Below, in pieces: positions 17,189 to 25,819 of a stretch of DNA of 64,000 bases. This DNA comes from Nitrosomonadales bacterium (GTDB taxonomy: Bacteria > Pseudomonadota > Gammaproteobacteria > Burkholderiales > SG8-39), in contig JAKFDA010000093.1 in NCBI GenBank assembly GCA_036676355.1, positions 7,857-71,856 of the forward strand, written 5' to 3'. The notes under the pieces are model-generated. The model searched no databases. It had not been told where the DNA came from and saw nothing but the letters and a program-made list of their open reading frames with translations. Within the stretch, counting starts at the first letter, position 1; each line of letters opens with the position of its first letter. Position numbers and translations under genes: made by a program.

Positions 17189-19695
17189 TGAGCGACACCC
17201 GACTCCCCCATTCGGCACCGCGACCGCAGGGTGAACTCGAGCGGCTGAAAGCGATATGGCAGCCGCCCACCGGCTGGCGTTTCTTCAGTGTGGTCAACAA
17301 CACTCATATCGGCATCCTGTATGTCGCCACGGCGCTGCTGTTCTTCGTTCTCGCGGGGATTCTCGCGCTATTGATGCGCACGCAGCTCGCCATCCCGGAA
17401 AACGAATTTATCGATCAGGGCACCTACAACCAGCTTTTCACCATGCACGGTACGGTGATGATGTTCCTCTTCGCCGTTCCCGCGGTCGAAGCCATGGGCG
17501 TGCTGTTGCTGCCCAACATGCTCGCTGCGCGCGATCTGCCCTTCCCGCGTCTTTCCGCGTATGCCTACTGGGCCTACCTCGTCGGCGGTGTGGTGTTCTT
17601 CTGCACCGTGTTCTTCGATGTCGCCCCCGATGGCGGTTGGTTCATGTATCCGCCGCTGACGAGTTTCGTTTTTTCTCCGGGTGTGAACTCCGATTTCTGG
17701 TTACTCGGCATCGGTTTCATCGAGATCTCCGCCATCGCCGGCGCGATCGAGATCATCGTCGGCGTCATGCGCACGCGCGCACCAGGCATGGGGCTCGACA
17801 AGCTGCCGATCTATGCCTGGGCGATGCTGGTGTTCGCCGGCATGATCGTGTTCGCCTTTCCCGCCGTGATTGTCGGGACCATGCTGCTGGAACTGGAACG
17901 CGCCTTCCACTGGCCTTTCTTCATGGCGGAGAAAGGCGGCGACCCGCTGCTATGGCAGCACCTGTTCTGGTTCTTCGGGCACCCGGAGGTGTACATCATC
18001 TTTCTGCCCGCGGCCGGCATGGTTTCGATGATGGTGCCGACGATGGCGGGCGTGAGACTGATCGGCTATCGGCTCACCGTGCTCGCGTTGCTCGGCACGG
18101 GCTTTCTCAGTTTCGGCCTATGGGTGCACCACATGTTCGCCACCGGCATTCCGCAACTATCGCTCAGCTTTTTCACCGCAGCCAGCATGGCCGTCGCCAT
18201 CCCGAGCGGCATTCAGGTATTCGCATGGATCGCAACCTTCGCGGCAGGCAAGGCGAAGCTGCACACGCCGACGCTGTTCCTGCTCGGATTTTTATTCATC
18301 TTCGTTCTCGGCGGGCTGACCGGCGTGATGGTCGCGGTCGTGCCGTTCGACTGGCAGGCGCACGACACGTATTTCATCGTCGCGCACCTGCATTACGTGC
18401 TCATCGGCGGCATGGTATTTCCGTTGTTCGCGGCAATGTACTACTGGACGCCGTCGCTCAGCAGGCGACGATTATCCGAACGCCTCGGTCGCTGGGTGTT
18501 CGGGCTGATGTTCGTCGGCTTCAACATCGCCTTCTTTCCCATGCACATCGTCGGCATGGCGGGCATGCCGCGTCGTGTCTATACCTACGCCGGCGATCTC
18601 GGCTGGGGTCCGCTCAACATGCTGTCCACGGTCGGCGCATTCATGATCGGCCTCGGCGTGTTGTTGTTCCTGATCGACATGGCGCGCAACTTCCGTCTTT
18701 CCTTCGACCACAACGCCGGCAATGTCTGGCATGCCGGCACGCTCGAATGGCTGCCCGGCGGCGCGTACTCCGCGCGCAGCATTCCGCTCGTCACCAGTCG
18801 CGAACCGTTGTGGGATCAGCCCGGGCTGGCAGAGGACGTGCAGGAGGGTCGCTACTACCTGCCGGGCGCGGCGACCGGCGGACGCGAAACCATCGTCACG
18901 GATCCCGTCGACGCACGTCCGCAATACATCCTGCAACTGCCCGGCCCCGGCTGGGCGCCCGTCATCGGCGCGCTCGGCACGGCGGCCTTCTTCCTGCTGC
19001 TTACCGTAAAACTTGTCCTGCCCGCATTGATCGGTGGGGCGATCGCGATCTGGGCAATCTGGCGCTGGCTATGGTCCACCGATCCCGGCGTGAACCACCC
19101 CCCGGTCGATATCGGCGGCGGTATCCGCCTGCCCGTTTACGCCACCGGTCCCGCCTCGCATTCATGGTGGGCGACGGTGGTGCTGTTGCTGGTCGCCGGT
19201 TCGATGTTCCTCTCCATGGCGTTTGCATATCTGTTCCTCTGGACCGTTTCACCGGATGTGTGGCCGCAAACGCGCGCCGCCCTGCCCGGTCCCGCGGTAC
19301 CAATCATCAGCGCAATGTGTCTGCTGTTGAGCGCCGCCTGCGCACAGTACGCGCACGCCCGCCTCGACCGAGCCGTATCCCTTCACCTCGCGCTGGCTAT
19401 CGGCGCATGCGCACTGCTCGCGGGTTTCGGCCTCGAACTATGGACCCACCGCGACCTTGCGCCGAGCGAATCCGGATACGGCGCCGCGGTCTACGGACTG
19501 CTGGCCCTGCACGGGTTCTTCGTCATCGTGGTGACGGTGATGCAGGCCTACACCATGGTGCGCACGGCGCGCGGCCTGCTCGATGCGACGCGCCGCGCGA
19601 CCTTCGACAACACACGGCTGATGTGGCTCTACACCACGGCACAAGGTTTGATCGCCCTCCTGCTGGTGCACGGTTTCCCACGCCTGACCGGATAG
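17185..19695 (+). CDS. coxA: cytochrome c oxidase subunit I fused to subunit III
   Basis: 836 aa. Subunit I motifs are present (HGTVMMF, WFFGHPEVYI, HHMF, HDTYFIVAHLHYV), followed by about 280 aa of extra helices resembling subunit III. Confidence 0.9.
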   Translation: MMSDTRLPHSAPRPQGELERLKAIWQPPTGWRFFSVVNNTHIGILYVATALLFFVLAGILALLMRTQLAIPENEFIDQGTYNQLFTMHGTVMMFLFAVPAVEAMGVLLLPNMLAARDLPFPRLSAYAYWAYLVGGVVFFCTVFFDVAPDGGWFMYPPLTSFVFSPGVNSDFWLLGIGFIEISAIAGAIEIIVGVMRTRAPGMGLDKLPIYAWAMLVFAGMIVFAFPAVIVGTMLLELERAFHWPFFMAEKGGDPLLWQHLFWFFGHPEVYIIFLPAAGMVSMMVPTMAGVRLIGYRLTVLALLGTGFLSFGLWVHHMFATGIPQLSLSFFTAASMAVAIPSGIQVFAWIATFAAGKAKLHTPTLFLLGFLFIFVLGGLTGVMVAVVPFDWQAHDTYFIVAHLHYVLIGGMVFPLFAAMYYWTPSLSRRRLSERLGRWVFGLMFVGFNIAFFPMHIVGMAGMPRRVYTYAGDLGWGPLNMLSTVGAFMIGLGVLLFLIDMARNFRLSFDHNAGNVWHAGTLEWLPGGAYSARSIPLVTSREPLWDQPGLAEDVQEGRYYLPGAATGGRETIVTDPVDARPQYILQLPGPGWAPVIGALGTAAFFLLLTVKLVLPALIGGAIAIWAIWRWLWSTDPGVNHPPVDIGGGIRLPVYATGPASHSWWATVVLLLVAGSMFLSMAFAYLFLWTVSPDVWPQTRAALPGPAVPIISAMCLLLSAACAQYAHARLDRAVSLHLALAIGACALLAGFGLELWTHRDLAPSESGYGAAVYGLLALHGFFVIVVTVMQAYTMVRTARGLLDATRRATFDNTRLMWLYTTAQGLIALLLVHGFPRLTG

Positions 19696-19699
19696 CGCT

Positions 19700-20056
19700 A
19701 TGACAATACGTTTTGCAACCGCGAGCCTGCGCATGGGCGCCGGGTTGCTGATCTGGGTGCTGTACTTCTCGTCGATCTACATCTACACCGCGCTGGTCTG
19801 CGCGCGCGGCAACACGCAGTCGCAATGGCTCGGCTTCCCCGTCCTGCGTCCGATCATCGGCGCGCTGACGATCGTCGCGATCGCCGCGCTCGCGCTTGTG
19901 CTGTGGAAATCGCTGCGCGGCAACTGGCACGCAGAAGCACGACGCGCCGATCGACCGTTCGTAGCGTGGGTGGGCGCGGCGGTCGCCGCTTACGGCTTGC
20001 TCGCGGTGCTGTGGTCGGCGCTGCCGGCCATCTGGGTCGCCGCCTGCCCGCCCTGA
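19700..20056 (+). CDS. small hydrophobic protein, possible oxidase accessory subunit
   Basis: 118 aa with 3-4 TM segments, starting 4 nt after the coxA stop. No recognisable family. Confidence 0.5.
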   Translation: MTIRFATASLRMGAGLLIWVLYFSSIYIYTALVCARGNTQSQWLGFPVLRPIIGALTIVAIAALALVLWKSLRGNWHAEARRADRPFVAWVGAAVAAYGLLAVLWSALPAIWVAACPP

Positions 20057-20060
20057 ATAC

Positions 20061-20076
20061 AGGCACGCTAGCTGCG
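20061..20076 (+). promoter_or_regulatory. candidate sigma-54 promoter AGGCAC-gctag-CTGCG (GH15 gene, distal)
   Basis: Exact spacing, 59 nt upstream of the ATG at 20134. Resembles the ASRT box (GGCACGCTA.CTGC). Confidence 0.5.
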
Positions 20077-20084
20077 TCCCACAT

Positions 20085-20100
20085 CGGCACAGCGCTCGCT
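20085..20100 (+). promoter_or_regulatory. candidate sigma-54 promoter CGGCAC-agcgc-TCGCT (GH15 gene, proximal)
   Basis: Exact spacing, 35 nt upstream of the ATG at 20134. The -12 is TCGC. Confidence 0.45.
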
Positions 20101-20133
20101 GCAGCGCGCGATCACCCACCGACGAAGAACAAC

Positions 20134-22014
20134 ATGTCCGCCAATGCGCCGCAGACCGCGCCCGAGGCGCCGGCCCCGTTCGAATGGCACTATCCGCCGA
20201 TTCAGGATTACGGTGTGATCGGCGACTGCCGCACCATCGCTCTGGTATCGCGCCAGGGTTCGGTGGACTGGCTCTGCCTGCCGCATTTTTCCGCGCCGTC
20301 CTGGTTCGCCGCCTTGCTCGACAAGGATCGCGGTGGACGTTTTGTCATCCGCCCGTGCGATTTCATCGACAGCACGCGCTCCTATATCGAACACACCAAC
20401 GTGCTGCAGACGCGCATGCGCAGTCCGACCGGCACGCTGATGGTGACCGATTCCGTATCGATGGTCGCCGAGGACCAGATCGCCGAACTCGCGCCGGAGC
20501 ACGAAATGATCCGGCTGATCGAATGCGCGGAAGGCGAAATCGACGTCGAGGTGTACTTCGAGCCGCGTCCCGCCTACGCATGCGCACGGCCGCGGCTGCG
20601 CAATCGGGGCAAACTCGGTTGGCACTGCGCCTGTCACGGCGATATCGCTTTTCTGCAAAGCGATATTCCGTTGCGCCAGACCGCGCCCGGCACGCTCTAC
20701 GGCTCTATCCGTTTGCGCGCCGGCGAACGACGCCAGGTGGTTTTCTCCTACTGCGAGAACGACGTCGGCATCCTCGCCCCGCTCGGTCCCGCCATCGAAC
20801 ATCGCGTGCAGGCGACGCAACGCTGGTGGAACCAGTGGTGCGCGCGCTGTCACTACGATGGTCCGCATCGCGACGCGGTCATACGCAGCGCGCTGACGCT
20901 CAAGCTGCTCAGTTATTGCCTCTCCGGCGCGGTCATTGCCGCCGCAACCACATCCCTGCCCGAAGGCGATACCGGCGCGCGTAATTGGGATTATCGTTAT
21001 TGCTGGCTGCGCGACACCTCGCTGGTGTTGCAGTCGTTCATGGACCTGGGCTTCTACGCCGAGAGCGAGAGCTTTCTCGCCTGGATGCTCCATGCCACGC
21101 GTCTCACCCAACCGCGCCTGCAGGTGATGTACGACATCTACGGTGAAACCGATCTGACCGAAAAGGAGTTATCGCACCTCAGCGGCTATCGCAATCTCGG
21201 CCCGGTGCGAATCGGCAACGGCGCCCACGCGCAACTGCAACTCGACATCTACGGCGACTCCGTCCAGACCGCGTACGAATTCGTCGAACGCGGCGGCTAT
21301 CTCGATCGTTATGAACGCAAACTGCTGGTGGGCTTCGGCCGCACCGTGCTCGAATGCTGGCGCCAGCCCGATGCCGGCATCTGGGAAATCCGTTCCGATC
21401 CGCGCCACAACACTTACTCCAAGTTGATGTGCTGGACTGCGCTCGACCGGTTGCTGAGCCTGGACAAGCGTATCGGCCTCGGCCTCGATCGCGCTAAGTA
21501 TCAGCACGAGTTGGAATGCGTACGTGTGGACATTGACCAGCATGCGTACGACGCCGCGCGTAACGCCTATGTCGGTTACTACGGCGGACATGAGCCCGAC
21601 GCCAGCTTGCTGCTCATGGCGCGCTACGGTTTTCTCGCCGCGGACGATCCGCGCATGATCGGTACCTGCCGCCTGATCGAGAGCGAACTCGGCGTTGACG
21701 GTCTGCTCTATCGCTACCCGCCGGGCACGGCGTACGACGGTGTCGAAGGCGGCGAAAATTTGTTCGGCATCTGCAGTTTCTGGCTGGTGGACTATCTTGC
21801 GCGCCTGGGCGACGTGGCGCGCGCCAAAGCGCTGTTCAACCGGCTGCTGGTGCTCGCCAACGACCTCGGCCTGTATGCCGAGGAGTTCGACGTGCACAGT
21901 AAAGCGCCGCTCGGCAACTTCCCGCAGGCCTTCACGCACGTCGGATTGATCACCGCCGCGCTCTCGCTGCAACAGGCACAGCGCGGCCGCCGGGGCGAGG
22001 AAATCAAACGATGA
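20134..22014 (+). CDS. glycoside hydrolase family 15 protein (glucoamylase/trehalase-like)
   Basis: YPPIQDYGVIGDCRTIALVSRQGSVDWLCLPHFSAPS N-domain, WDYRYCWLRD motif, and the end of the (alpha/alpha)6 domain FPQAFTHVGLI. Confidence 0.85.
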   Translation: MSANAPQTAPEAPAPFEWHYPPIQDYGVIGDCRTIALVSRQGSVDWLCLPHFSAPSWFAALLDKDRGGRFVIRPCDFIDSTRSYIEHTNVLQTRMRSPTGTLMVTDSVSMVAEDQIAELAPEHEMIRLIECAEGEIDVEVYFEPRPAYACARPRLRNRGKLGWHCACHGDIAFLQSDIPLRQTAPGTLYGSIRLRAGERRQVVFSYCENDVGILAPLGPAIEHRVQATQRWWNQWCARCHYDGPHRDAVIRSALTLKLLSYCLSGAVIAAATTSLPEGDTGARNWDYRYCWLRDTSLVLQSFMDLGFYAESESFLAWMLHATRLTQPRLQVMYDIYGETDLTEKELSHLSGYRNLGPVRIGNGAHAQLQLDIYGDSVQTAYEFVERGGYLDRYERKLLVGFGRTVLECWRQPDAGIWEIRSDPRHNTYSKLMCWTALDRLLSLDKRIGLGLDRAKYQHELECVRVDIDQHAYDAARNAYVGYYGGHEPDASLLLMARYGFLAADDPRMIGTCRLIESELGVDGLLYRYPPGTAYDGVEGGENLFGICSFWLVDYLARLGDVARAKALFNRLLVLANDLGLYAEEFDVHSKAPLGNFPQAFTHVGLITAALSLQQAQRGRRGEEIKR

Positions 22015-22505
22015 CGCCGGCCGCGTTCGCGATCATGGAAATTCTGCTGTGGGGGCTGATCGCCACGATCTGCATGGGCGCGATTCTGTTCGCGAGCCAG
22101 AATCTCGGCTGGTCGCGTCTCGATCTGCCTTTTCTGCTCGGCACCATCTTTACCGGCGAGCGTCACGCCGCGAATGTGCTGGGCTTTGCGCTCACCATCC
22201 TGATCGGCTGGTTCATCGCTTTCTTCTACTACCTCTTCTTCGCCGCGATCGGTCAGGCGAACTGGTGGCTCGGCGCCGTGACCGGATTCGTCCACGGTCT
22301 GCTGGTGCTGACCGCGCTGCTGCCGCTGCTGCCCTATATGCATCCGCGCGTCGCCTCCGAATACGACGGCCCGAGCGCCCGGCGACGCCTCGAACCACCC
22401 GGCTTCCTGGCACTCCATTATGGTTATCGCACCCCCGTCGTCACGCTGCTCGCGCAGACGGTCTACGGGGCGATTCTCGGCGCCGGCTTCGAATTGGTGT
22501 TCTAG
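22011..22505 (+). CDS. hypothetical 4-TM membrane protein
   Basis: ATGA overlap with the GH15 stop. Hydrophobic, with no family recognised. Confidence 0.55.
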   Translation: MTPAAFAIMEILLWGLIATICMGAILFASQNLGWSRLDLPFLLGTIFTGERHAANVLGFALTILIGWFIAFFYYLFFAAIGQANWWLGAVTGFVHGLLVLTALLPLLPYMHPRVASEYDGPSARRRLEPPGFLALHYGYRTPVVTLLAQTVYGAILGAGFELVF

Positions 22506-22529
22506 GGAAGCGCTACGGAAGCTCCGGTC

Positions 22530-22763
22530 AAGGTTGTTTGATCAAGGCAGCCGCCAGTTCGTTTCGCATAAGCGATTGATTGCTTTGTCCTCGCTCGTAC
22601 AGCCATGTGCCGGCGCGTGGAGCAGGGCCCCCCTCAGGGGATGCGACCGCAAAGGCACATGAAGGAACGCGAACGAATCGGCACATTCACAGCCCGCTGC
22701 GGGGTCGCATCCATCGATGAAGCCGCTCCGCCCTTCGCGGTCCCGCACTCGCGACCATCCTCG
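22530..22763. repeat. dispersed intergenic repeat, family 2, copy B, split by a 140-bp nested insertion
   Basis: Left half 22530..22603 and right half 22744..22763 align to copy A. The insert 22604..22743 carries its own stem ggatgcgacc (22639..22648) / ggtcgcatcc (22703..22712). Confidence 0.7.
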
Positions 22764-22783
22764 TCGCTTACATTCCCTAAAAC

Positions 22784-22799
22784 GGGAACGCTCGCTGCT
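22784..22799 (+). promoter_or_regulatory. candidate sigma-54 promoter GGGAAC-gctcg-CTGCT (hemerythrin 1)
   Basis: GG-N10-GC spacing, 34 nt upstream of the ATG at 22832. It has the same GGGAAC -24 variant as the box at 25367. Confidence 0.45.
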
Positions 22800-22831
22800 C
22801 CACCACACCATCAACGTCTACGCGGACTGTT

Positions 22832-23332
22832 ATGGACATCGATACCGCAATGCACGACAAGGACACCGAGGCGCACTTCGCCACCGATCTGCTACGCGCC
22901 GATCACGCCACTGTCCGGGCGCTATTCGACGACTATCAGACGGCGATGGACGAAGACGCCGCCGCGCGTCAGGTCATCGCGCAGGAAATCTGCATGCAGC
23001 TGGAAATCCATCAGCGCGTCGAACTGGAATTGTTCTACCCGGCGGTGCGCGACGAGGACAGTGTATTCATCGACAACGCGATGGAGGAGCACAAGGAGAT
23101 CGCCGCGACGATCGCCGAGATCCGCGAACTGCCGGCGTCGAGCGACGAATACGACGACTGCGTCATTGAATTGATGGACATGGTGGAGGCGCATGTCGCC
23201 GAAGAAGAGGACGTGCTGTTCCCGGAACTGGAAGAGCGCATGCCCGAAACGCTTGTTGCGCTGACTGACGAAATCATCGACTTCAAGGAGCGCATCGTCG
23301 GCTCTACCGACGATCTCGAAGGTCGGGCGTGA
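22832..23332 (+). CDS. hemerythrin (HHE cation-binding) domain protein
   Basis: LLRADHATVRALF...EIHQRVELELFYPAV...EEHKEI...HVAEEEDVLFPELE. Confidence 0.8.
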   Translation: MDIDTAMHDKDTEAHFATDLLRADHATVRALFDDYQTAMDEDAAARQVIAQEICMQLEIHQRVELELFYPAVRDEDSVFIDNAMEEHKEIAATIAEIRELPASSDEYDDCVIELMDMVEAHVAEEEDVLFPELEERMPETLVALTDEIIDFKERIVGSTDDLEGRA

Positions 23333-23549
23333 TCGGCTGCGCCGCCCCGGAACTGTCGCTTCCGCCCAACACGCCATGCGTGCATTCGTAAGCCGCGCGT
23401 CAACTTTTTCATAGTAGCGATCACGGCGAAACCCGAAACTCCGCTTCGTGCGTAAGCGGCGCGTTCCGAGCTGCGCATGCCGCCCCCGCATTCTGCGCGC
23501 GGCAGTTGAACGGACACCCCAACGCGCGAGTGTCCGCCGATGGATTTCA

Positions 23550-25340
23550 ATGACCCCCGATATTCCCGCTGTTTCCTCCACGCCGAGCGTGCGTGCACTC
23601 TATGGCGCCTACTGGCGTAACGCCCGAGGCAAACGGCCGCACATCCTGTACTCGAGCCTGCTGCTGATCGGCTCGCAACTGATCAAGCTCGCGATTCCCT
23701 GGCTTGCCGCGCAAGCCATCAACACCATCCAGACCACAGGCGTGGCGAATCTGACCGGCGCCGGGTTCTACATGCTGCTCATCATTCTCACGGTGGGCGC
23801 ATCCTGGGCCATGCACGGCCCGGGACGCATCATCGAGCGCAATGTCGCGGTGCAAGTGCGCCGCAACGTCGCCGACAGACTTTATGCACGCCTGGCGAGT
23901 CTGCCGCTCGCCTGGCATGAGAAGAACCATTCCGGCGATACGCTCTATCGCGTCGAGAAAACCACCAATGCGTTGTTCAGCTTCGCGCAGAGCCAGTTCA
24001 TGTATCTGCAGAGCTTCGTCAATCTGGCCGGCCCAATCGTCGCGTTGAGTCTGCTTTCGGCCTTCACCGGCTCGATGGCGCTGATCGGCTACGTCGTGAT
24101 CGCTTTGGTGATCATCCGTTTCGATCGCGTACTGATGCGTCTGGTGCAGGCCGAAAACGACGCGCAGCGCCGCTACAACGCGGCGATGATCGATTGTCTC
24201 GGCAACATTTCCACGGTGCTGAGCCTGCGTTTGCAGAATGCCACGCGCCAGATGCTGAACGGTCGCCTGGCGGCGGTGTTCGAGCCGCTCAAGCGCTCCA
24301 TCGTGGTCAACGAAGGCAAGTGGTGCGCGGTCGATCTGCTCAGCATCACACTGTCGTGGGTACTGGTCGCGCTGTACGCCTGGTCTGCGAAAAGCTCGAG
24401 CGGCACGCTGCTGCTGGGCGACGTATTCATGGTCTATCAATACACCCAGCAGGCCGCCGGCGTGGTGGGTTCGATCGCCGTGAATTTCCAGAGCTTCGCG
24501 CGCATGTATACCGACTACTCCTGCGCCGACAACATCTGGCAGGCGAAGGTCGCGGCCGAAGGCAAAACCGCGGTGGCACCGGAGTGGCGGCGCATCGACA
24601 TCGAAAACCTGCGGTTCTCCTACGGTCGACGCAAGGGTGACGAACATGCACTGGAAAGCCTGTCGATCACACTGCGTCGCGGCGAGCGTATAGCGCTGGT
24701 CGGCTCCAGCGGTTCAGGCAAGAGCACGCTGATGCGCCTGCTCGCCGGACTTTACAGCGCGCAGGAAGGCACGTTCAAAATAGACGGCGTCGCGCACGCG
24801 GAATTGCATCATCTCGGTTCCGTCGCGACTCTCATTCCGCAGGACGCCGAAGTGTTCGAAAGCTCGGTGCGCGACAACATCACATTCGGCGTGGAATACC
24901 CCGACACCGTGGTCGAGAACGCAATCCGGCTGGCCGGCTTCGATGCGGTGGCGCAGATGCTGCCGCAAGGACTGGAGACGATGATTTCCGAACGCGGCCT
25001 GAACCTTTCCGGCGGCCAGCGCCAGCGCCTCGCATTGGCGCGCGGTTTTCTCGCCGCGAGCGGAAGCTCCGTGCTGATGCTTGACGAGCCGACCAGCAGC
25101 CTCGACGCGTTGACCGAGTCGCGCATTTTCGAGGGGCTGAAGGCGGCCATGCCCGACGCCTGCATCATCTCTTCGGTCCATCGCCTCAATCTGCTGCCGC
25201 GCTTTGACCGTACCGTGTTAATGCACAACGGCCACGTCGTCGATGCCGGCACGGTGGAAGAACTGCGCGCGCGCCAGCCGCTATTCGAGGAATTGTGGCA
25301 GCGCTCGACCGGCACGACGCAACTCGCCGCCGCGGCGTAA
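23550..25340 (+). CDS. ABC exporter, fused permease/ATPase (MsbA-like type I exporter)
   Basis: Six-TM N-domain, Walker A GSSGSGKST, signature LSGGQRQR, Walker B VLMLDEPTSSLD. Start taken at MTPDIP. Confidence 0.85.
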   Translation: MTPDIPAVSSTPSVRALYGAYWRNARGKRPHILYSSLLLIGSQLIKLAIPWLAAQAINTIQTTGVANLTGAGFYMLLIILTVGASWAMHGPGRIIERNVAVQVRRNVADRLYARLASLPLAWHEKNHSGDTLYRVEKTTNALFSFAQSQFMYLQSFVNLAGPIVALSLLSAFTGSMALIGYVVIALVIIRFDRVLMRLVQAENDAQRRYNAAMIDCLGNISTVLSLRLQNATRQMLNGRLAAVFEPLKRSIVVNEGKWCAVDLLSITLSWVLVALYAWSAKSSSGTLLLGDVFMVYQYTQQAAGVVGSIAVNFQSFARMYTDYSCADNIWQAKVAAEGKTAVAPEWRRIDIENLRFSYGRRKGDEHALESLSITLRRGERIALVGSSGSGKSTLMRLLAGLYSAQEGTFKIDGVAHAELHHLGSVATLIPQDAEVFESSVRDNITFGVEYPDTVVENAIRLAGFDAVAQMLPQGLETMISERGLNLSGGQRQRLALARGFLAASGSSVLMLDEPTSSLDALTESRIFEGLKAAMPDACIISSVHRLNLLPRFDRTVLMHNGHVVDAGTVEELRARQPLFEELWQRSTGTTQLAAAA

Positions 25341-25366
25341 AGCGGAATCGCCATGCCGCAATGAAC

Positions 25367-25382
25367 GGGAACGTCGGTTGCA
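25367..25382 (+). promoter_or_regulatory. candidate sigma-54 promoter GGGAAC-gtcgg-TTGCA (DUF326-peroxiredoxin operon)
   Basis: Exact spacing and a consensus TTGCA -12, 35 nt upstream of the ATG at 25416. Confidence 0.55.
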
Positions 25383-25415
25383 CGTTCCTGGCGAGTCCAC
25401 GCCAGAGCCGACGTC

Positions 25416-25784
25416 ATGCCGGAGATATCGACGACCAACGATACCGCGGTCAGCCTGCAATCCTGCATTGATTCATGTCTGCAGTGCTATCGCACCTGCC
25501 TCGGCATGGCGACCAACATGTGTCTGGAGGAAGGCGGTCGCCACGCCGGCGCTGCGCATATCGGCCTGATGCTCGGTTGCGCCGAAATCTGTCGGACTGC
25601 GGCGCACTTCATGATCATGGAATCCCGGCTGCACCAGAAAGTGTGCGCCACTTGCGCGGATGTGTGCGAAGCGTGCGCAGTGAGTTGTCACCAGATCGGC
25701 GACATGGACGAATGCGTGGACATCTGCCGTCATTGCGCCGACAACTGTCGGCGCATGGCGCTGGGGATTGCCGTCGAGCTCTGA
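25416..25784 (+). CDS. Cys-rich four-helix-bundle copper-binding protein (DUF326)
   Basis: Repeated CxxxC-type motifs: CIDSCLQCYRTC, CAEICRTAA, CATCADVCEACAVSC, CVDICRHCADNC. Confidence 0.8.
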   Translation: MPEISTTNDTAVSLQSCIDSCLQCYRTCLGMATNMCLEEGGRHAGAAHIGLMLGCAEICRTAAHFMIMESRLHQKVCATCADVCEACAVSCHQIGDMDECVDICRHCADNCRRMALGIAVEL

Positions 25785-25819
25785 ACACACCTGCGGTGGA
25801 TTGCAGCAGAGGAGAACGC

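Noticed and set aside
17256-19703. 815-aa ORF in an alternative frame on the same strand as coxA
   Set aside because: Its translation is an Arg/Ala/Gly/His-rich low-complexity string. The overlapping frame (17185..19695) has unmistakable oxidase subunit I motifs, so this is a typical high-GC frame artefact.
22785-25386. Reading the GGGAAC boxes (22784, 25367) as EcfG/ECF-type GGAAC-N16-17-CGTT promoters
   Set aside because: At 25367 the only CGTT lies 10 nt after GGAAC, and no CGTT lies at the right distance at 22784. The GG-N10-GC geometry matches the other 16 boxes instead.
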